The notes below the pieces were generated by a model. The model had not been told where the DNA came from, did not search any database, and saw nothing but the letters and a program-made list of their open reading frames with translations. The translations under genes and the position numbers were made by a program. DNA of 24,823 nucleotides. Origin: Patescibacteria group bacterium (GTDB lineage: Bacteria; Patescibacteriota; WWE3; UBA101185; UBA10185). The stretch lies in the NCBI GenBank assembly GCA_018818485.1, contig JAHIRX010000045.1, positions 1-24,823 of the forward strand, given 5' to 3'. Below are positions 7,893 through 16,377 of this stretch, in pieces (the first letter of the stretch is position 1; each line of letters begins with the position of its first letter).

Positions 7893-7922
7893 AAAAAGGA
7901 TTTTTATTTTAAAATCCTTTTT
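7893..7922. terminator. Probable bidirectional intrinsic terminator between the 7655 ORF and uvrA
   Basis: Perfect 12-bp inverted repeat AAAAAGGATTTT-(TATTTT)-AAAATCCTTTTT between convergent stop codons, with T-rich runs downstream on both strands. The stem is AT-rich. Confidence 0.65.
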
Positions 7923-10908
7923 ATTTTTTGTACTTTCTTATCGCATCGGCAGTATACGAATTTTTAGCAGATTTAAGATCTAAAAGGGTTCCTTCAAACA
8001 AGATTTCCCCACCTTCTTCCCCACCCTCAGGTCCAAGATCAATAACCCAATCACAGTTATTAATAACATCTAAGTTATGTTCAATCATAACAACTGTATT
8101 TCCTCTTGCAGTTAGTCTTTTACAGATAGAGATTAAGTTTTCTAAATCTGCAAAGTGAAGACCTGTTGTAGGCTCATCTAAGATATACAAAGTACTGCCT
8201 GTAGATCTTTTTGATAACTCCAGTCCAAGCTTTACCCTTTGTGCTTCACCACCAGATAAAGTTGGTGCGGGTTGACCAAGTTTTATATAGCCAAGACCAA
8301 CATCATAGAGGGTTTGAAGCTTACTTCTAATTCTTGGAACATTGGCAAAAAATTCAAGTGCATCTTCAACAGTTAAATCTAATACGTGTGCGATGTTTTT
8401 ATCTTTGTATTCAACCTCTAGTGCCTCATCGTTATATCTTTTTCCATTACACACATCACACTTAACATAAACATCAGGCATAAACTGCATTTCAATCTTA
8501 ATCTGACCCTCTCCTCTACATGCTTCACATCTTCCTCCCTTAACATTAAAGCTAAATCTTCCTGGCTTATACCCTCTAAGCCTTGCTTCATGTGTCTGAG
8601 AGTACAAAGTTCTTATAAAATCAAATACTTTTGTGTATGTTGCTGGGTTTGACTTAGGTGTTCTTCCAATAGGACTCTGGTCAATAGCGATAACGTTAGA
8701 GATACTTTCTACTCCTTCAATAGATTTAAATGGTTGGGGTTTTTCCTCAATCTTAAGACCGTATTCTTGTCTTAAACCCTGATACAGGGTATCCATAACT
8801 ATAGTAGACTTCCCTGATCCTGAAACACCTGTAACACAAGTAAATTTCCCAAGGGGAATATTTAAATCAACTCCTTTTAAGTTTCTACCTTCTGCTCCCT
8901 TTAATATTAATTTCTTTCCACCAACTTTTTTATGTACTTTATGATTAGTTTCCTGCTCCAGAAGCTCTTCAAGAGCTTTCTGCTTTTTTATTCCGTTACT
9001 TCCTACAATAAGCTTTCCAGAAAGATACTTTCCAGTTAATGAGTTTTCATTCTTCATTATTTCCTCAGGAGTACCTTCTGCAATAATCTTCCCACCATGG
9101 TCTCCAGCACCAGGTCCAAAATCGAAGATATAGTCACTTTCAAACATGGTTTCTGAGTCATGTTCTACAACTAAGATTGTATTTCCTAAACCTCTAAGAT
9201 GGTGAAGGGTTTTAATAAGTTTCCCCTGATCCTTTTGATGAAGACCTAAAGAAGGCTCGTCTAAAACATACAAAACTCCAGAAAGACCAGATCCAATTTG
9301 AGATGCAAGCCTAATTCTTTGAGCTTCTCCACCAGAAAGTTCTGCTGAGGCTCTACTTAAAGTTAGATACCCTAGACCAACATCTACTAAAAACTTAACT
9401 CTATAGTTTATTTCTTTTAAAATAGTTACAGCGATCTGATTTTCCCTTTCTGTAAGCTTATCTGGAAGGTCTCTAAACCACTCCTGTACTTTAGTGATAG
9501 AGAAATCAGCAACTTCTGAAACATTAAACCCATCCAAAACTACTGAAAGTGACCCTGTTCTAAGTCTTGCACCTTTACACTCAGGGCACTCTTCTTTAAT
9601 CATATATTTTTCAATTTCATTACGGATATAGTCAGAGTCTGTTTCCCTGTGCCTTCTTGCAAGATTTGGAATAACTCCTTCAAACCCAGCATCAAAGTCT
9701 CTCTTAGCACCTTCCTGATTTCTATAAACAACTCTGAATTTTTTCTTACCCGCTCCGTACAAAAGAATATCCTTATGCTCCTTCTTAAGCTCCCCAATAG
9801 GTGTATCTATTGAAAAACCATAATCATCAGCGACTGCCTTTATAACTCTAGATGTCCAAGTAATATGCTCAAAAAGCCTAGTCCAAGGTAGTACCCCACC
9901 TTCTGATATTGAAAGTCTTGGATTAATTAACATGTCTTCTTCAATCTTTAATTCAGTTCCAATACCATCACACAGGGGACAGGCTCCATGGGGAGAGTTG
10001 AATGAAAAGGTCCTAGGTTCTATCTCAGGAAGAGAGATGTTACACACAGGGCACGCGAAGTTTTCTGAAAATAGGTGGTCTTCAAAATCTTTAGGAGTAT
10101 CTTCAAAGTCAAAGGTTTTGTCTTTAACAACAGTAACCACCACATTCCCATTACTCATTCTTAATGCTGTTTCTACAGATTGAAATATCCAACTCTCTAG
10201 CTCCTTTCTACCTTTTTCATCCTTAAGTTTCTTCTTGCTAACAATATGTCTTGAAACAAGTGCATCTATAGTATGTTTATTTGTCTTTATTAAATTAAAA
10301 TCTTCGTCTAAACCTCTAACATCACCATCAATTCTTGCTCTAATAATTCCTTGTTTTTTTAGATTTTCAAATAAATTAGAGTGCTCACCTTTCCTATCTT
10401 TAATAATTGGAGAAAATACTATAAAACGGACACCACGTTCGGTATTAAAATCTTTTTCTTCTATCACAGTTTCAATAATCTTTTGGGATATTTCCGCTGC
10501 AGATTGTCTTTGAATCTCTCTTCCACACTTAGGACAGTGAGGGTGTCCAATACGAGCATATAATAGTCTAAGAAAATCATAAACTTCAGTTATAGTTCCA
10601 ACTGTAGATCTAGGATTTTTACTTGTAGTTTTTTGGTCAATAGCAATAGCAGGAGAAAGACCTTCAATCTTTTCAACATCTGGCTTATCCATCACCCCTA
10701 AGAACTGTCTAGCATATGCAGAAAGACTCTCAACATATCTCCTCTGACCTTCAGCATAGATAGTGTCCATTGCAAGAGATGACTTACCTGATCCAGAAAC
10801 ACCAGTAAATACAACCATTTTATTCTTAGGAATATCTAAATTAACGTTTTTAAGATTATGTTGGTTAGCACCTCTAACTAAAATATGATTTAAAGAATTC
10901 TTTTCCAT
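7921..10908 (-). CDS. uvrA: Excinuclease ABC subunit A
   Basis: Two Walker A motifs (GVSGSGKS), signature motifs (LSGGEAQR, twice), DEP motifs and all CxxC zinc pairs. Start moved from 10974 to the ATG at 10908 ([21 protein letters not shown]). Confidence 0.98.
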   Translation of the reverse strand: MEKNSLNHILVRGANQHNLKNVNLDIPKNKMVVFTGVSGSGKSSLAMDTIYAEGQRRYVESLSAYARQFLGVMDKPDVEKIEGLSPAIAIDQKTTSKNPRSTVGTITEVYDFLRLLYARIGHPHCPKCGREIQRQSAAEISQKIIETVIEEKDFNTERGVRFIVFSPIIKDRKGEHSNLFENLKKQGIIRARIDGDVRGLDEDFNLIKTNKHTIDALVSRHIVSKKKLKDEKGRKELESWIFQSVETALRMSNGNVVVTVVKDKTFDFEDTPKDFEDHLFSENFACPVCNISLPEIEPRTFSFNSPHGACPLCDGIGTELKIEEDMLINPRLSISEGGVLPWTRLFEHITWTSRVIKAVADDYGFSIDTPIGELKKEHKDILLYGAGKKKFRVVYRNQEGAKRDFDAGFEGVIPNLARRHRETDSDYIRNEIEKYMIKEECPECKGARLRTGSLSVVLDGFNVSEVADFSITKVQEWFRDLPDKLTERENQIAVTILKEINYRVKFLVDVGLGYLTLSRASAELSGGEAQRIRLASQIGSGLSGVLYVLDEPSLGLHQKDQGKLIKTLHHLRGLGNTILVVEHDSETMFESDYIFDFGPGAGDHGGKIIAEGTPEEIMKNENSLTGKYLSGKLIVGSNGIKKQKALEELLEQETNHKVHKKVGGKKLILKGAEGRNLKGVDLNIPLGKFTCVTGVSGSGKSTIVMDTLYQGLRQEYGLKIEEKPQPFKSIEGVESISNVIAIDQSPIGRTPKSNPATYTKVFDFIRTLYSQTHEARLRGYKPGRFSFNVKGGRCEACRGEGQIKIEMQFMPDVYVKCDVCNGKRYNDEALEVEYKDKNIAHVLDLTVEDALEFFANVPRIRSKLQTLYDVGLGYIKLGQPAPTLSGGEAQRVKLGLELSKRSTGSTLYILDEPTTGLHFADLENLISICKRLTARGNTVVMIEHNLDVINNCDWVIDLGPEGGEEGGEILFEGTLLDLKSAKNSYTADAIRKYKK

Positions 10909-10960
10909 ACAAATTTTTCCCGTGTGTTTAAAAAACAAACACCGAAGGATTAGCTTACTA

Positions 10961-10989
10961 AGTATACATAACATGAATATATCTGTCTA
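10961..10989 (-). promoter_or_regulatory. Sigma70-type promoter of uvrA
   Basis: TAGACA (10984-10989), 17 bp, TATACT (10961-10966) on the minus strand. Confidence 0.65.
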
Positions 10990-11009
10990 CGGGTTTTATT
11001 TGGGTATAG

Positions 11010-11059
11010 AAAAAAAGAAACGAGTTAAACGGTGCCGTAAAGGCTGCCGAAATAACTCG
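11010..11059 (-). terminator. Long hairpin terminator (distal of a tandem pair) downstream of the orphan membrane gene
   Basis: Minus strand CGAGTTA..CGG..GCC-TTTAC-GGC..CCG..TAACTCG followed by TTTCTTTTTTT. There is also a T7 run at 11065-11071 on the plus strand. Confidence 0.6.
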
Positions 11060-11071
11060 CATAATTTTTTT

Positions 11072-11095
11072 AAGAAATGAGAGTGGCGGCTCCCA
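11072..11095 (-). terminator. Short hairpin terminator (proximal of the tandem pair)
   Basis: Minus strand TGGGAG-CCGCCA-CTCTCA (6 bp, one G-U) followed by TTTCTT, 6 nt after the stop at 11102. Confidence 0.45.
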
Positions 11096-11101
11096 AATCT
11101 G

Positions 11102-11683
11102 TTAGGAAATCTTCCTATCGAACTTCTCACTTCCATCCAAACCGGGTATTATCACCATCAAACGAAGACTTTTCACAGCCCCGGAGTAAGGAATGGGAAA
11201 TATCTCTATCCCACCTTCAAAACCTTCAACTTTGCACGCATCAAAGGCTAGAGAATTAGCTTTTCTTAGTCTCCTGTCAAACAGAAGACTTTCTCCTGCA
11301 TACTTTTGTACTGCACGCAGAAGAAACTTTGCGGGAGAGCTCAATTTAGCACCGCGCTTTGCGGACCTGATTAAGACACCAGATTGGTAACTGATGTCCT
11401 CTTCTTTAGCTTCCTTGGCGTAGCACCGAACCCACTTTGTGTTTACTAAAAACATCCAAATGGGTCTAATAAAACTTACCACCAGTCCTAACCACGAACC
11501 TAAAAAGAACAATAAAACATAAAAGTTCTCTTCAGGTGTTTCGTTAGAAGGCCAGCCGAGAAGACCGTAATTAGATAGCGCATAAGTAGTTGCAGGCGCT
11601 GCGATTAGACTACAGATGAGAATAATATACATCCACCACCTGTCGTCATAAGCATCTCCAAACACACGTGAAAATAAAGTCAT
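11102..11683 (-). CDS. Orphan membrane protein, 193 aa (2 N-terminal TM helices plus a soluble C-terminal domain)
   Basis: SD AAGGAG 6 nt before the ATG. Hydrophobic segments WWMYIILICSLIAAPATTYAL and FYVLLFFLGSWLGLVVSFIRPIWMFLV. Flanked by its own promoter and terminators. Family not recognised. Confidence 0.75.
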   Translation of the reverse strand: MTLFSRVFGDAYDDRWWMYIILICSLIAAPATTYALSNYGLLGWPSNETPEENFYVLLFFLGSWLGLVVSFIRPIWMFLVNTKWVRCYAKEAKEEDISYQSGVLIRSAKRGAKLSSPAKFLLRAVQKYAGESLLFDRRLRKANSLAFDACKVEGFEGGIEIFPIPYSGAVKSLRLMVIIPGLDGSEKFDRKIS

Positions 11684-11912
11684 TGTTTTCTCCTTAGGGT
11701 TAAACCCTTATTTAGTTGTGTCGAGAAGGTTAAACCTTTACAGACACATTTGGAATTCTCTACGAATCATCCGCCAATGAAATCGCAGGCAATCTGAGGC
11801 TAAGTGGTTAACCCCAAGTTGCCTACGACTTCCTTTATATTTTCAATGTTCTAAATAAAATAAAGCCAGAGAGACGGCTTTTAAGCAGTACTCCTTCTAT
11901 TTAACTTTACAT
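11684..11912 (-). ncRNA. Candidate structured cis-regulatory RNA leader or sRNA of about 230 nt (no known family recognised)
   Basis: Hand-folded: 24-bp hairpin at 11779-11832 with five G-U pairs on this strand, nested hairpin at 11717-11748, hairpin at 11696-11708 next to the SD, and a terminator-like hairpin at 11862-11881. Confidence 0.55.
11853..11881 (-). terminator. Terminator-like hairpin (class A PBP terminator and/or leader attenuator)
   Basis: Minus strand AAAGCC-GTCTCTCT-GGCTTT followed by ATTTTATTT. Confidence 0.5.
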
Positions 11913-11916
11913 CGCT

Positions 11917-11945
11917 ATTATACTATAAGGTAAATATTAAGTCAA
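11917..11945 (-). promoter_or_regulatory. Near-consensus sigma70 promoter driving the leader and orphan gene
   Basis: TTGACT (11940-11945), 17 bp, TATAAT (11917-11922). The -35 overlaps the PBP stop codon. Confidence 0.7.
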
Positions 11946-14209
11946 TCGTCATCATCTTTACCCCCATCTTCATCTTCCTCTTTTTCAATACACAAAGTCT
12001 CAGGAACAAATGTTCCTTTTATGAAAACTTCAGAAACACCACATTTCTCATCATATTTTACAAAAATATCTCCAAGCTTCTCATAAACTTCATTTGGCTT
12101 TCCATCTAAAACTTCTGTCATTATTTTATTCCATATAGGCGCAGCTCCTGTTAAACCTGATGCGAGGTATCTATTCATAGGAGTACCATCGTTATTTCCA
12201 ACCCAAACACCTACTACATAAGATGGGGTATACCCCAGAGTCCAATTATCCTTTATATTATCTGTGGTTCCTGTTTTTACAGCAACCTTATAACCAGGGA
12301 TCACAAGAGAACTACCAGAACCAAAGGCTGGTGTTCTTGCCACATTATCAGAAAGAATGTGCCATATTAAATAAGAAACCTCACTACTCAAAACCTGACT
12401 ATCTTCTCTTCTATCTTTATATATCTCGTATCCTTTTGAGTCTTTCACGCTTAAGATCGGGGTTGTTTCTTTATATATCCCATTTCTAGATAAAGTCCCG
12501 AACACATTTGTGTGATCCAACAACCTTACCTCCTTACCTCCTAAGGTAACTGATAGACCATAAGAACCATCTATTTTCCAGTTTGAAAGCCCCATTTTAT
12601 GTCCAAGGTCTACAATATTATCTGGACCTACACTACTAGCGACCTTTACAGCCGGAACATTGTAAGAATTAGCTAAGGCTTGGCGCACGGTTACTTTTCC
12701 ATGAAACTTACCATCGTAATTTACTGGAGTATATGGTTTTTGACCTTCTACTTTATAGGTAATTGCAGAATCATCAATTATTGTGGCTGGCGTATAGTTT
12801 CTGCTTAAAGCTAGTGCGTATGTGACAGGTTTTATAGATGATCCAGGTTGCCTATAACCTGTTACCACATCAAAGGCTCCCCAACCCTCTTGAAAATAAT
12901 CAACTGACCCAACATAAGCTAATATTTCTGAGTTTTTTGAATCTAAAACTACCGCGGCTCCATTTGAAAAACCGAGATATGAGTTTTTCCCTACCTCTTC
13001 TTTTACAATCTCTTGAACCTTATCATGAAGTTCTAAATCTAGAGTAGTAGTAATCGTTAAATCTCCTAACTCAACAAATCTCTTACCATATTCTTTCTCA
13101 AGTAACCCTCTAACATAGATTACAAAATGAGGAGCTCTAATAAACTCTACTTGGTCAATAAAATTAAGTTCCATATCAAATGCTTCATCTACTTCCTCTT
13201 TTGAGATATATCTTGTTTCTACCATTCTATCCAGAACATATCTTTGCCTTTCTTTTGCTTTTTCAAGATCAGTAATTGGCGAGTAGCTTGTGGGTGATGA
13301 AGGAAGTCCTGCTAATAAGGTTGATTCTGCAATATTTAATTCCCAGACGTTTTTCCCGAAATATTTTTGTGCTGCTGATTGAATACCCCACGAAGTACCC
13401 CCATAAGGCACGTTGTTTAAATACATTTCTAGGATTTGTGACTTAGAGTATTTAACTTCTACAAGTAGTGCTAAAACTGCTTCTTTTATCTTCCTCGAAA
13501 CAGTTCTCTCAGGAGAAAGGAGTACATTTTTAATTAACTGCTGAGTAATTGTAGATCCCCCTTGTAAATTTCCACCAAAAAAATTGTTCTTTGCTGCCCT
13601 GATAACACTATCTAAACGAATTCCCCAGTGACTATAAAACTTATCATCCTCAACAGCAATCGTAGATTGAATAACATGAAGTGGAACTTCATCCAGACTT
13701 ATGGGATTGTATTTTTTATCTACATATATTTCATATAGTAGCTTTCCATTTCTATCCAATATTCTCGTAGAGCTTTGATTTGCTTTTGTAACAAGTGAGC
13801 CAGGTGTTGGTAGTTCTCTAAACCATCTATAAATTTCAAGAGGGGTGAATATAAAAACTACACTAATAAGTGCTCCTACAAAGTATGGCTTTAAATTTAA
13901 TATCTTAGAAAGTCTCGTCTTAAGATTACCTAGAAACACTTTCCATTTCTTCTTAATAGAAGGAATTATTTTTCTAATGTTTTTAAACCTGTCTACTTTC
14001 TTTCTGGGTACTATTTTAGTCTTTTTTTTGATCTTCTTGGACTTCTTACCCTTAATTTTCTTATTCTTTAGGGCCTTAACTGATGTAGAGATTTCTTTTT
14101 TAACAGCTTTGTAGATTTTTGGAGTGATTACAAGAATCTTCTCAAATGGAAAAATAATAATAAATCCAATATTCTTTATAAGTTTTGATACATTATTAAT
14201 AAAAGGCAT
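11942..14209 (-). CDS. Class A bifunctional penicillin-binding protein (PBP1A family)
   Basis: Glycosyltransferase motifs AVEDDKFYSHWGI, GGSTITQQLIKN, RKIKE and ILEMYLN. Transpeptidase motifs SSIK, SYN and KTGT. One TM helix after a long basic N-terminus. Confidence 0.95.
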   Translation of the reverse strand: MPFINNVSKLIKNIGFIIIFPFEKILVITPKIYKAVKKEISTSVKALKNKKIKGKKSKKIKKKTKIVPRKKVDRFKNIRKIIPSIKKKWKVFLGNLKTRLSKILNLKPYFVGALISVVFIFTPLEIYRWFRELPTPGSLVTKANQSSTRILDRNGKLLYEIYVDKKYNPISLDEVPLHVIQSTIAVEDDKFYSHWGIRLDSVIRAAKNNFFGGNLQGGSTITQQLIKNVLLSPERTVSRKIKEAVLALLVEVKYSKSQILEMYLNNVPYGGTSWGIQSAAQKYFGKNVWELNIAESTLLAGLPSSPTSYSPITDLEKAKERQRYVLDRMVETRYISKEEVDEAFDMELNFIDQVEFIRAPHFVIYVRGLLEKEYGKRFVELGDLTITTTLDLELHDKVQEIVKEEVGKNSYLGFSNGAAVVLDSKNSEILAYVGSVDYFQEGWGAFDVVTGYRQPGSSIKPVTYALALSRNYTPATIIDDSAITYKVEGQKPYTPVNYDGKFHGKVTVRQALANSYNVPAVKVASSVGPDNIVDLGHKMGLSNWKIDGSYGLSVTLGGKEVRLLDHTNVFGTLSRNGIYKETTPILSVKDSKGYEIYKDRREDSQVLSSEVSYLIWHILSDNVARTPAFGSGSSLVIPGYKVAVKTGTTDNIKDNWTLGYTPSYVVGVWVGNNDGTPMNRYLASGLTGAAPIWNKIMTEVLDGKPNEVYEKLGDIFVKYDEKCGVSEVFIKGTFVPETLCIEKEEDEDGGKDDDD

Positions 14210-14236
14210 AGAAAAGACTTGGACAGGATTTGGTTT

Positions 14237-14264
14237 AATATATCTAAATTAACTAAGATGTCAA
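14237..14264 (-). promoter_or_regulatory. Sigma70-type promoter of the class A PBP gene
   Basis: TTGACA (14259-14264), 16 bp, TATATT (14237-14242) on the minus strand. Confidence 0.55.
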
Positions 14265-14291
14265 TCGAAAGTGAGGTACGTAAATGGTAAT

Positions 14292-16283
14292 TTACATTTT
14301 TTTTAAATCTCTTACCTTATCCCTAATTAGAGCTGCCTTTTCAAAGTTTAATTCTTCTGCCTCTAACTTCATAAGTTTTTCAAGCTTTTTTATTTCTTTA
14401 TTAAGTTCTGTTGGAGGTAGTTGTTTATAGTCAATATCCTGCCACTCATCTTTTTTACCTTTAAGCTGTTCTTCAAGTTCTTCATCAATTAATTTCTCTC
14501 TTATAGGCTTAACAATTTGTTCTGGAGTAATCTTGTATTTTTCATTGTATTCAATCTGAATATCTCTTCTTCTTTCAACCTCAACAATAGCTCTTTTCAT
14601 ACTTCCTGTGATGTTATCTGCGTACATAATAACTTCTCCTTGAATATGTCTTGCTGCTCTTCCCATAACTTGGATGAGGGAGGTGTCACTTCTTAAAAAT
14701 CCTTCTTTATCTGCATCTAGGATTGCAACTAAAGATACTTCTGGAAGATCTAAACCCTCTCTTAGCAGATTTATTCCAACTAAAACGTCATATTCTCCTT
14801 TTCTTAGATCATCTAAAATATCTGTTCTTTCTAGTGTTGCAATATCTGAATGGAGGTAAGTTACCTTCATATCTTTATCCTTTAGATAAGCTGCTAACTC
14901 CTCCGCCATCTTCTTTGTTAATGTAGTAACTAAAACTCTTTGCCCTTTTTCTACTTTTTCTTTTATTCTGTTTTCTAAATCTTGAACCTGGCCTTTTGAG
15001 GGTAGAATTGTTATCTCTGGATCAATAATTCCAGTAGGTCTCACCAGGAGTTCTGTAACTTCTTTTTTACTCTGGATAACTTCCCATTCTGAAGGCGTAG
15101 CACTAGCATAAGTTGTGTATCCCCTTCTTTCCATAAATTCATCAAAGTTAAGAGGTCTATTATCTAGAGCTGATGGAAGTCTAAATCCGTAGTCTATTAA
15201 GGTTTGTTTCCTAGATTTATCTCCATTAAACATTCCTCTAATCTGTGGAACTGTAATATGAGACTCATCAATTACTAATAAGAAATCTTTTGGAAAGTAT
15301 TCTAAAAGTGAGTAAGGGGCTTCCCCTTCTTTTCTTCCATCAAAGTATCTTGAGTAGTTTTCTATTCCCTTGCAATATCCAAGCTCCTGAATCATTTCCA
15401 GGTCATAATTTGTTTTCTGGTTTAGTCTGTACGCCTCAATCTGTTTTCCATCATCCTTAAGTTCCTTAAGTCTAATTTCTAAATCCCTTTGAATCTCACC
15501 TACCACACTTTTTACCTTCTCTTCAGGAGTAATATAGTGCTTTGCTGGGTAAATTAGCACAAACTCTGGATCGTATACTCCGTTAGGTTGAATAGTTTCT
15601 CCAGTTAGAGGATCAATATATATAACATTTTGTAAAATATCATTAAACACCTCTAACCTAACTGCATAGTCTCGATACGCTAGGTAAATATCAACTACAT
15701 CCCCTGTAACTCTGTAACTCCCTCTAACAAAATTATAATCTGATCTTTCATAGTGAGTCTGAGATAGTCTTTTCAAAAGATCGGGTAATCTTAACTTCAT
15801 TCCTTTTCTTAATTCAATTACCACTTTCCCATATTCAGCAGGAGAACCTAAGTTATAAATACAAGAAACTGAAGCTACCACTATTACATCTTTTCTTGTT
15901 AGAAGAGAAGTTGTGGTAGATAGTCTAAGTTTTTCTATCTTCTCATTTATAGCTGCATCTTTTTCGATATAAGTATCTGTAGATGGAATATAGCTTTCTG
16001 GTTGGTAGTAGTCATAATAACTAACAAAATACTCAACTGCATTTTCTGGAAAGAACTCTCTAAATTCTTGATAAAGCTGAGCAGCTAATGTTTTGTTGTG
16101 AGAGATAACAAGAGTAGGTCTATTTAGATTCTCTATCACATTTGCCATTACAAATGTTTTTCCTGACCCTGTTACACCTAAAAGCACCTGGTCTTTCTTA
16201 CCAATTTCAATATTTTTGGTGATTTTATCTATAGCTTGTGGTTGATCTCCAGTTGGTTTAAAAGGAGATTGGAGTTTAAACAT
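14292..16283 (-). CDS. uvrB: Excinuclease ABC subunit B
   Basis: Motifs FKPTGDQPQAI, GVTGSGKT, FVSYYDYYQPESY, DESH, GINLLREGLDLPEV, QVMGRAAR and a C-terminal UVR domain. Start moved from 16454 to the ATG at 16283, because the longer ORF would overlap lexA head to head. Confidence 0.98.
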   Translation of the reverse strand: MFKLQSPFKPTGDQPQAIDKITKNIEIGKKDQVLLGVTGSGKTFVMANVIENLNRPTLVISHNKTLAAQLYQEFREFFPENAVEYFVSYYDYYQPESYIPSTDTYIEKDAAINEKIEKLRLSTTTSLLTRKDVIVVASVSCIYNLGSPAEYGKVVIELRKGMKLRLPDLLKRLSQTHYERSDYNFVRGSYRVTGDVVDIYLAYRDYAVRLEVFNDILQNVIYIDPLTGETIQPNGVYDPEFVLIYPAKHYITPEEKVKSVVGEIQRDLEIRLKELKDDGKQIEAYRLNQKTNYDLEMIQELGYCKGIENYSRYFDGRKEGEAPYSLLEYFPKDFLLVIDESHITVPQIRGMFNGDKSRKQTLIDYGFRLPSALDNRPLNFDEFMERRGYTTYASATPSEWEVIQSKKEVTELLVRPTGIIDPEITILPSKGQVQDLENRIKEKVEKGQRVLVTTLTKKMAEELAAYLKDKDMKVTYLHSDIATLERTDILDDLRKGEYDVLVGINLLREGLDLPEVSLVAILDADKEGFLRSDTSLIQVMGRAARHIQGEVIMYADNITGSMKRAIVEVERRRDIQIEYNEKYKITPEQIVKPIREKLIDEELEEQLKGKKDEWQDIDYKQLPPTELNKEIKKLEKLMKLEAEELNFEKAALIRDKVRDLKKM

Positions 16284-16291
16284 ACCTCTTG

Positions 16292-16300
16292 ATAATAGCA
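16292..16300 (-). promoter_or_regulatory. Extended -10 promoter of uvrB
   Basis: Minus strand TG-C-TATTAT, 8 nt before the ATG at 16283. Confidence 0.55.
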
Positions 16301-16309
16301 CAAAAACCC

Positions 16310-16377
16310 TTGACATCTTCGCCTTAGTTTCGGTACTATAAAAATGCGAAGAAAAACCATAAATTTTCCTAAGGAGG
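16310..16377 (+). promoter_or_regulatory. lexA promoter, candidate operator and SD
   Basis: TTGACA (16310-16315), 18 bp, TACTAT (16334-16339). Inverted repeat TAGT-N6-ACTA (16325-16338) overlaps the -10. SD AAGGAGG at 16371-16377. Confidence 0.7.

Noticed and set aside
10909-10974. Longer uvrA start at 10974
   Set aside because: The extension covers the predicted promoter and leader and does not resemble UvrA. The ATG at 10908 fits the family N-terminus.
11021-11832. Integron cassette or attC interpretation (GTTAAAC = GTTRRRY at 11024, 11699 and 11729; long imperfect hairpin)
   Set aside because: attC needs RYYYAAC before GTTRRRY at the hairpin base. Here the order is reversed or the motifs sit in loops, and there is no integrase or cassette array.
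11684-11912. Known riboswitch, 6S, SRP, tRNA or CRISPR repeat
   Set aside because: I recognised no conserved core of these families, and the repeats are 9-13 nt without spacer periodicity. An Rfam search is still needed to exclude them formally.
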